Assembly: GCA_028699085.1 (NCBI GenBank)
Contig: JAQVVF010000004.1
Span: 2,143 to 66,142, forward strand
Reading direction: 5' to 3'
DNA length: 64,000 nt
Source: Patescibacteria group bacterium
GTDB lineage: Bacteria > Patescibacteriota > JABMPQ01 > JAQVVF01
Positions 61,061 to 64,000 of the stretch are shown here, in pieces. A model generated the notes under the pieces. The model was not told the DNA's origin. It saw only the letters and a list, made by a program, of their open reading frames with translations, and made no database searches. Made by a program: the position numbers and the translations under genes. Every line of letters starts with the position of its first letter. The stretch's first letter is position 1.

Positions 61061-62260
61061 ATGCAAACAATCAAAGATATATTACACATCGCAAAAAAAG
61101 ATTTGATCGAATTTTCCAGAGACAGGCTGCGTCTTGCTACATTCATTATTATGCCAATTTTTATGATGATTTTGACTGGTTTTATTTTTCCTAATCAAAA
61201 TACATTAAAAAATATTCCAATTGGCATCGCCAATTTAGATAATCAGCAATATAGCAATCAGCTTGTCACAATGATCACCGATTTAAAACAAGATGATCAG
61301 TTAGCATTTAAAACATCAACTTTTGATAGTATTGATGCAATAAAAAATGGCATAAAAAAACAAACAATTAGCGGCGGAATATTTATTCCTAAAGATTTTA
61401 CTTCTCAAATTAATGATAACAAACAACCAGAAGTAACAATTGTTGAAGACCAATCAAATCCACAAATTGGAGCTGTTGTTGATCAAATATTATCAAATAT
61501 GACTGCAGGACTTAGCCAACAAATCGGTATTCAAAAAACCGCCAAAATTATTATTGTTACAACTGCTCCTCAAGATCAAAAAAAGATTATGACTCAAGCT
61601 ACAGCAATCATGCAACCAATCAAATCAACAATTCAGGGTATTATTCCAGGCAATCCAAATTATTTTGAATTTGTTGCTCCAGGTATAATAGCTATGATTG
61701 TTATGACTGCTGTTTTAACAGGTCTTGCCGCTGCAATTTCTAAAGAAAAAGAAGATGGAACACTAGACGGCATTTTAATTTCGCCAATCAACAGATTAGC
61801 AATTATTTTAGGCAAAGCAACTGCTCAGTCTATCAGAGGCTTAATTCAAGGCGCAATTGTTTTACTACTCGCTGTCACTTTATTTGGAGTTTCTATACAT
61901 GGGAATATATTATTAATCACTTTTATTTTATTGCTTGGCATTTTTTCTTTTGTTGGCTTGGGAATTTTAGTATCAGCCATGGCTTCAGAACAAGAAACAG
62001 CAACGCAATTATTATTTATGTTCCAATTTCCAATGCTATTTTTGTCAGGCGTCTTTTTTCCAATTCTAATGATGCCAGAAATCATGCAGAAAATCGCCAA
62101 TATTATTCCTCTCACCTATGCTGTTAATGCATTAAGAAAAGTCATGGTCTTGGGAGCAAATTTTAATGAAGTCAGCAGTGAATTATCAATCCTATTTATT
62201 TTTGGTGCTGTGACTTTGACAATCGCTGTTCCAGTTTTCAAAAAAGTTATTACAAAATAA
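61061..62260 (+). CDS. ABC-2 type exporter permease
   Basis: PGIIAM, EKEDGTL....SPI, FLSGVFFP...MP, PLTY. Confidence 0.92.
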   Translation: MQTIKDILHIAKKDLIEFSRDRLRLATFIIMPIFMMILTGFIFPNQNTLKNIPIGIANLDNQQYSNQLVTMITDLKQDDQLAFKTSTFDSIDAIKNGIKKQTISGGIFIPKDFTSQINDNKQPEVTIVEDQSNPQIGAVVDQILSNMTAGLSQQIGIQKTAKIIIVTTAPQDQKKIMTQATAIMQPIKSTIQGIIPGNPNYFEFVAPGIIAMIVMTAVLTGLAAAISKEKEDGTLDGILISPINRLAIILGKATAQSIRGLIQGAIVLLLAVTLFGVSIHGNILLITFILLLGIFSFVGLGILVSAMASEQETATQLLFMFQFPMLFLSGVFFPILMMPEIMQKIANIIPLTYAVNALRKVMVLGANFNEVSSELSILFIFGAVTLTIAVPVFKKVITK

Positions 62261-62286
62261 TATTTAAAAAAATAACAAGTAAACCA

Positions 62287-62793
62287 ATGAGTGCAATGGA
62301 AAACGCTGGGCATATATTAATAAATATAATTTGGATACAAGGTGTTCTAGTAGATTTGATCATTTTTAAAGAACATCCAGAAATCATCAAATCATTTACA
62401 GCAACAAACAAATCGCAAAACCTTGGAAAATATAGACAAGAACACTGGAAAAAAAATTTTTCTGAAATAATAGAACGTCTAAAAAAATGCTTCCCTAAAA
62501 CACATCCAAGCTGGTTCGAAAGACTTAAATATTTTGCTGATATACGAAATGCAATTGCGCACGGACGAATTTTTGTTAATAAAGACTACATACTATACGA
62601 ACCAGATTCCGAACAAAAAACAAAAAAATTTGAAAAACATATTAAAAGAAAAAAACCAAAATCACAGACTATCCAAATCAAATTTGACGATAAAAATTTC
62701 AAAAAAGCATTAGATGGAATAATTGAATTTGACCAGAAATTTTTTCCAAGTATCTGCAAAAAAACAGGCATTAATTATAATCAAATAAAATAA
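62287..62793 (+). CDS. Hypothetical protein with HEPN-like RxxxxH motif
   Basis: IRNAIAHG in a helical protein of 168 aa. Confidence 0.55.
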   Translation: MSAMENAGHILINIIWIQGVLVDLIIFKEHPEIIKSFTATNKSQNLGKYRQEHWKKNFSEIIERLKKCFPKTHPSWFERLKYFADIRNAIAHGRIFVNKDYILYEPDSEQKTKKFEKHIKRKKPKSQTIQIKFDDKNFKKALDGIIEFDQKFFPSICKKTGINYNQIK

Positions 62794-62802
62794 TTGGTAT
62801 TT

Positions 62803-62829
62803 AAAAAACAGCCTTTTCTAGGCTGTTTT
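62803..62829. terminator. Bidirectional intrinsic terminator
   Basis: AAAACAGCCT-tttct-AGGCTGTTTT. Confidence 0.8.
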
Positions 62830-62846
62830 GATAATAAATTTTAATT

Positions 62847-64000
62847 TTATTTTAATCCAATTGCAAAATAGTATTTCTTTTCTGGAAACTTGGTAAAATA
62901 TTTAACTGTGAAAGTGTTTTCTTTTCTATTTTGTACAATTTTTGACTCTACCCATCCATTCTTGACTAACTGCCATTTTGATTTATCAGTACGAAATTTT
63001 AATCTAAGATTTCTTTCTGATACTAAAGGATTTGCTTTTTTTAATCTTCTAACCTGTTTTTGGCTATATTTAAAAGTAGCTTTTATTTTATATGGCTTTC
63101 TTGCTTTATATAGGTTAGAAGTTAAAATCCATTCTTTGCGTAAAGCTTTTTGACTAACGTTTTGCCAATTTGAAGGATATCTGAGATATTTATTCCAATT
63201 TAATGTATACCATTTTTTTGTTAACCATTCCATTGGAATGCTCACAAAACTTATATCAGAATTTATTATGTGTTCGCTTGGTTGCTGTGGCAGAACAGGT
63301 TGGTCAGGTGATTGAGGTTGTGGCAAAATCGTATATGTTTCTGTTTTAGTAGTTTCAATATTTCCTAATATATCTACAGAAAAAAACTTTAAAGTAGTGT
63401 CACTAATGATATTAATAGGACTTATATATCGGCTTGAAAACACCGTTGGAGTAGAACCATCGGTAGTGTAATATGTACCAGATACTTGTGAATCATCATC
63501 AACGGAATTCAACACAACATCTTGTGAAGAGTAATATATTCCACCTGCTGGATTAACATTCGTAACTGGTGGTTTTGAATCAATAAACAATTTAGAAATT
63601 CCAACAGTATGACCTACGTATAGTTCATCAGCATAAACCTCTAAATCATTTACCGCTTGTTCCAAATTATTACCAACTTTTAACCAACTATTTCCATTCC
63701 ACTTTGTAATATAATTATTATTAATAATACCACCTGCATATCCTGTAAAATCTCCTCCAACATATAACTCATTATTATAAACAGCTAATGTCCGGCCTTT
63801 AACAATTGCAGAACCTAAACTTACCCATTCGCTCCCATTCCACTTTAATGTTCCATAATAATCATTTCTTATAGATACAATTATCTCACCATTATATATT
63901 TCGATATCATTAAGGTAAGTAATCATTGAATCATTAGGAACATCTGAAATAACTTCTGAACCAAGAGAACTCCATTGCATTCCATCCCATACATCAATAT
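62847..64000 (-). CDS. Surface protein, 5'-partial: W..LG beta-propeller repeats, CHB_HEX_C/Fn3-associated domain, basic C-terminal domain
   Basis: W(D/N)G..W..(L/V)G repeats; P.GG.Y...V.L...YYTTDGSTP...Y..PI.I; the frame runs to the window edge. Confidence 0.75.
   Translation of the reverse strand, partial: IDVWDGMQWSSLGSEVISDVPNDSMITYLNDIEIYNGEIIVSIRNDYYGTLKWNGSEWVSLGSAIVKGRTLAVYNNELYVGGDFTGYAGGIINNNYITKWNGNSWLKVGNNLEQAVNDLEVYADELYVGHTVGISKLFIDSKPPVTNVNPAGGIYYSSQDVVLNSVDDDSQVSGTYYTTDGSTPTVFSSRYISPINIISDTTLKFFSVDILGNIETTKTETYTILPQPQSPDQPVLPQQPSEHIINSDISFVSIPMEWLTKKWYTLNWNKYLRYPSNWQNVSQKALRKEWILTSNLYKARKPYKIKATFKYSQKQVRRLKKANPLVSERNLRLKFRTDKSKWQLVKNGWVESKIVQNRKENTFTVKYFTKFPEKKYYFAIGLK

Overview
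A very AT-rich (roughly 30% GC by eye), gene-dense chromosomal segment in standard genetic code (TGA is used as a stop). Gene content and style point to a Patescibacteria/CPR bacterium (inference): DUF4012, a membrane-anchored Clp-type ATPase, REP-like GC palindromes and mostly SD-less AT-rich leaders. It holds a surface/glycosylation cluster (1-16 kb); housekeeping genes (dcd, rplI, pyrG, rpmA, iscS/iscU, gltX, priA, def, fmt, ahcY, nrdD/nrdG, truB, glnA, mntP); and cell-wall enzymes and ABC transporters. I found no rRNA, tRNA, CRISPR array, integrase or transposase. The best leads are: (1) a BON / small membrane protein / membrane-anchored Clp ATPase / archaemetzincin gene string in which both ATPase pore loops and the ClpP-docking motif are degenerate; (2) a ~500-bp non-coding region with rough dyad symmetry, centred on a 28-bp 11-6-11 dif-like site and lying next to two tandem RHH-like genes; (3) two genes broken by an A7 tract just after the start codon; (4) a 1175-aa orphan with an unannotated small helical partner gene; (5) a set of orphan cassettes with near-consensus promoters, strong SD and their own terminators. 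All family calls are by eye, without database searches.
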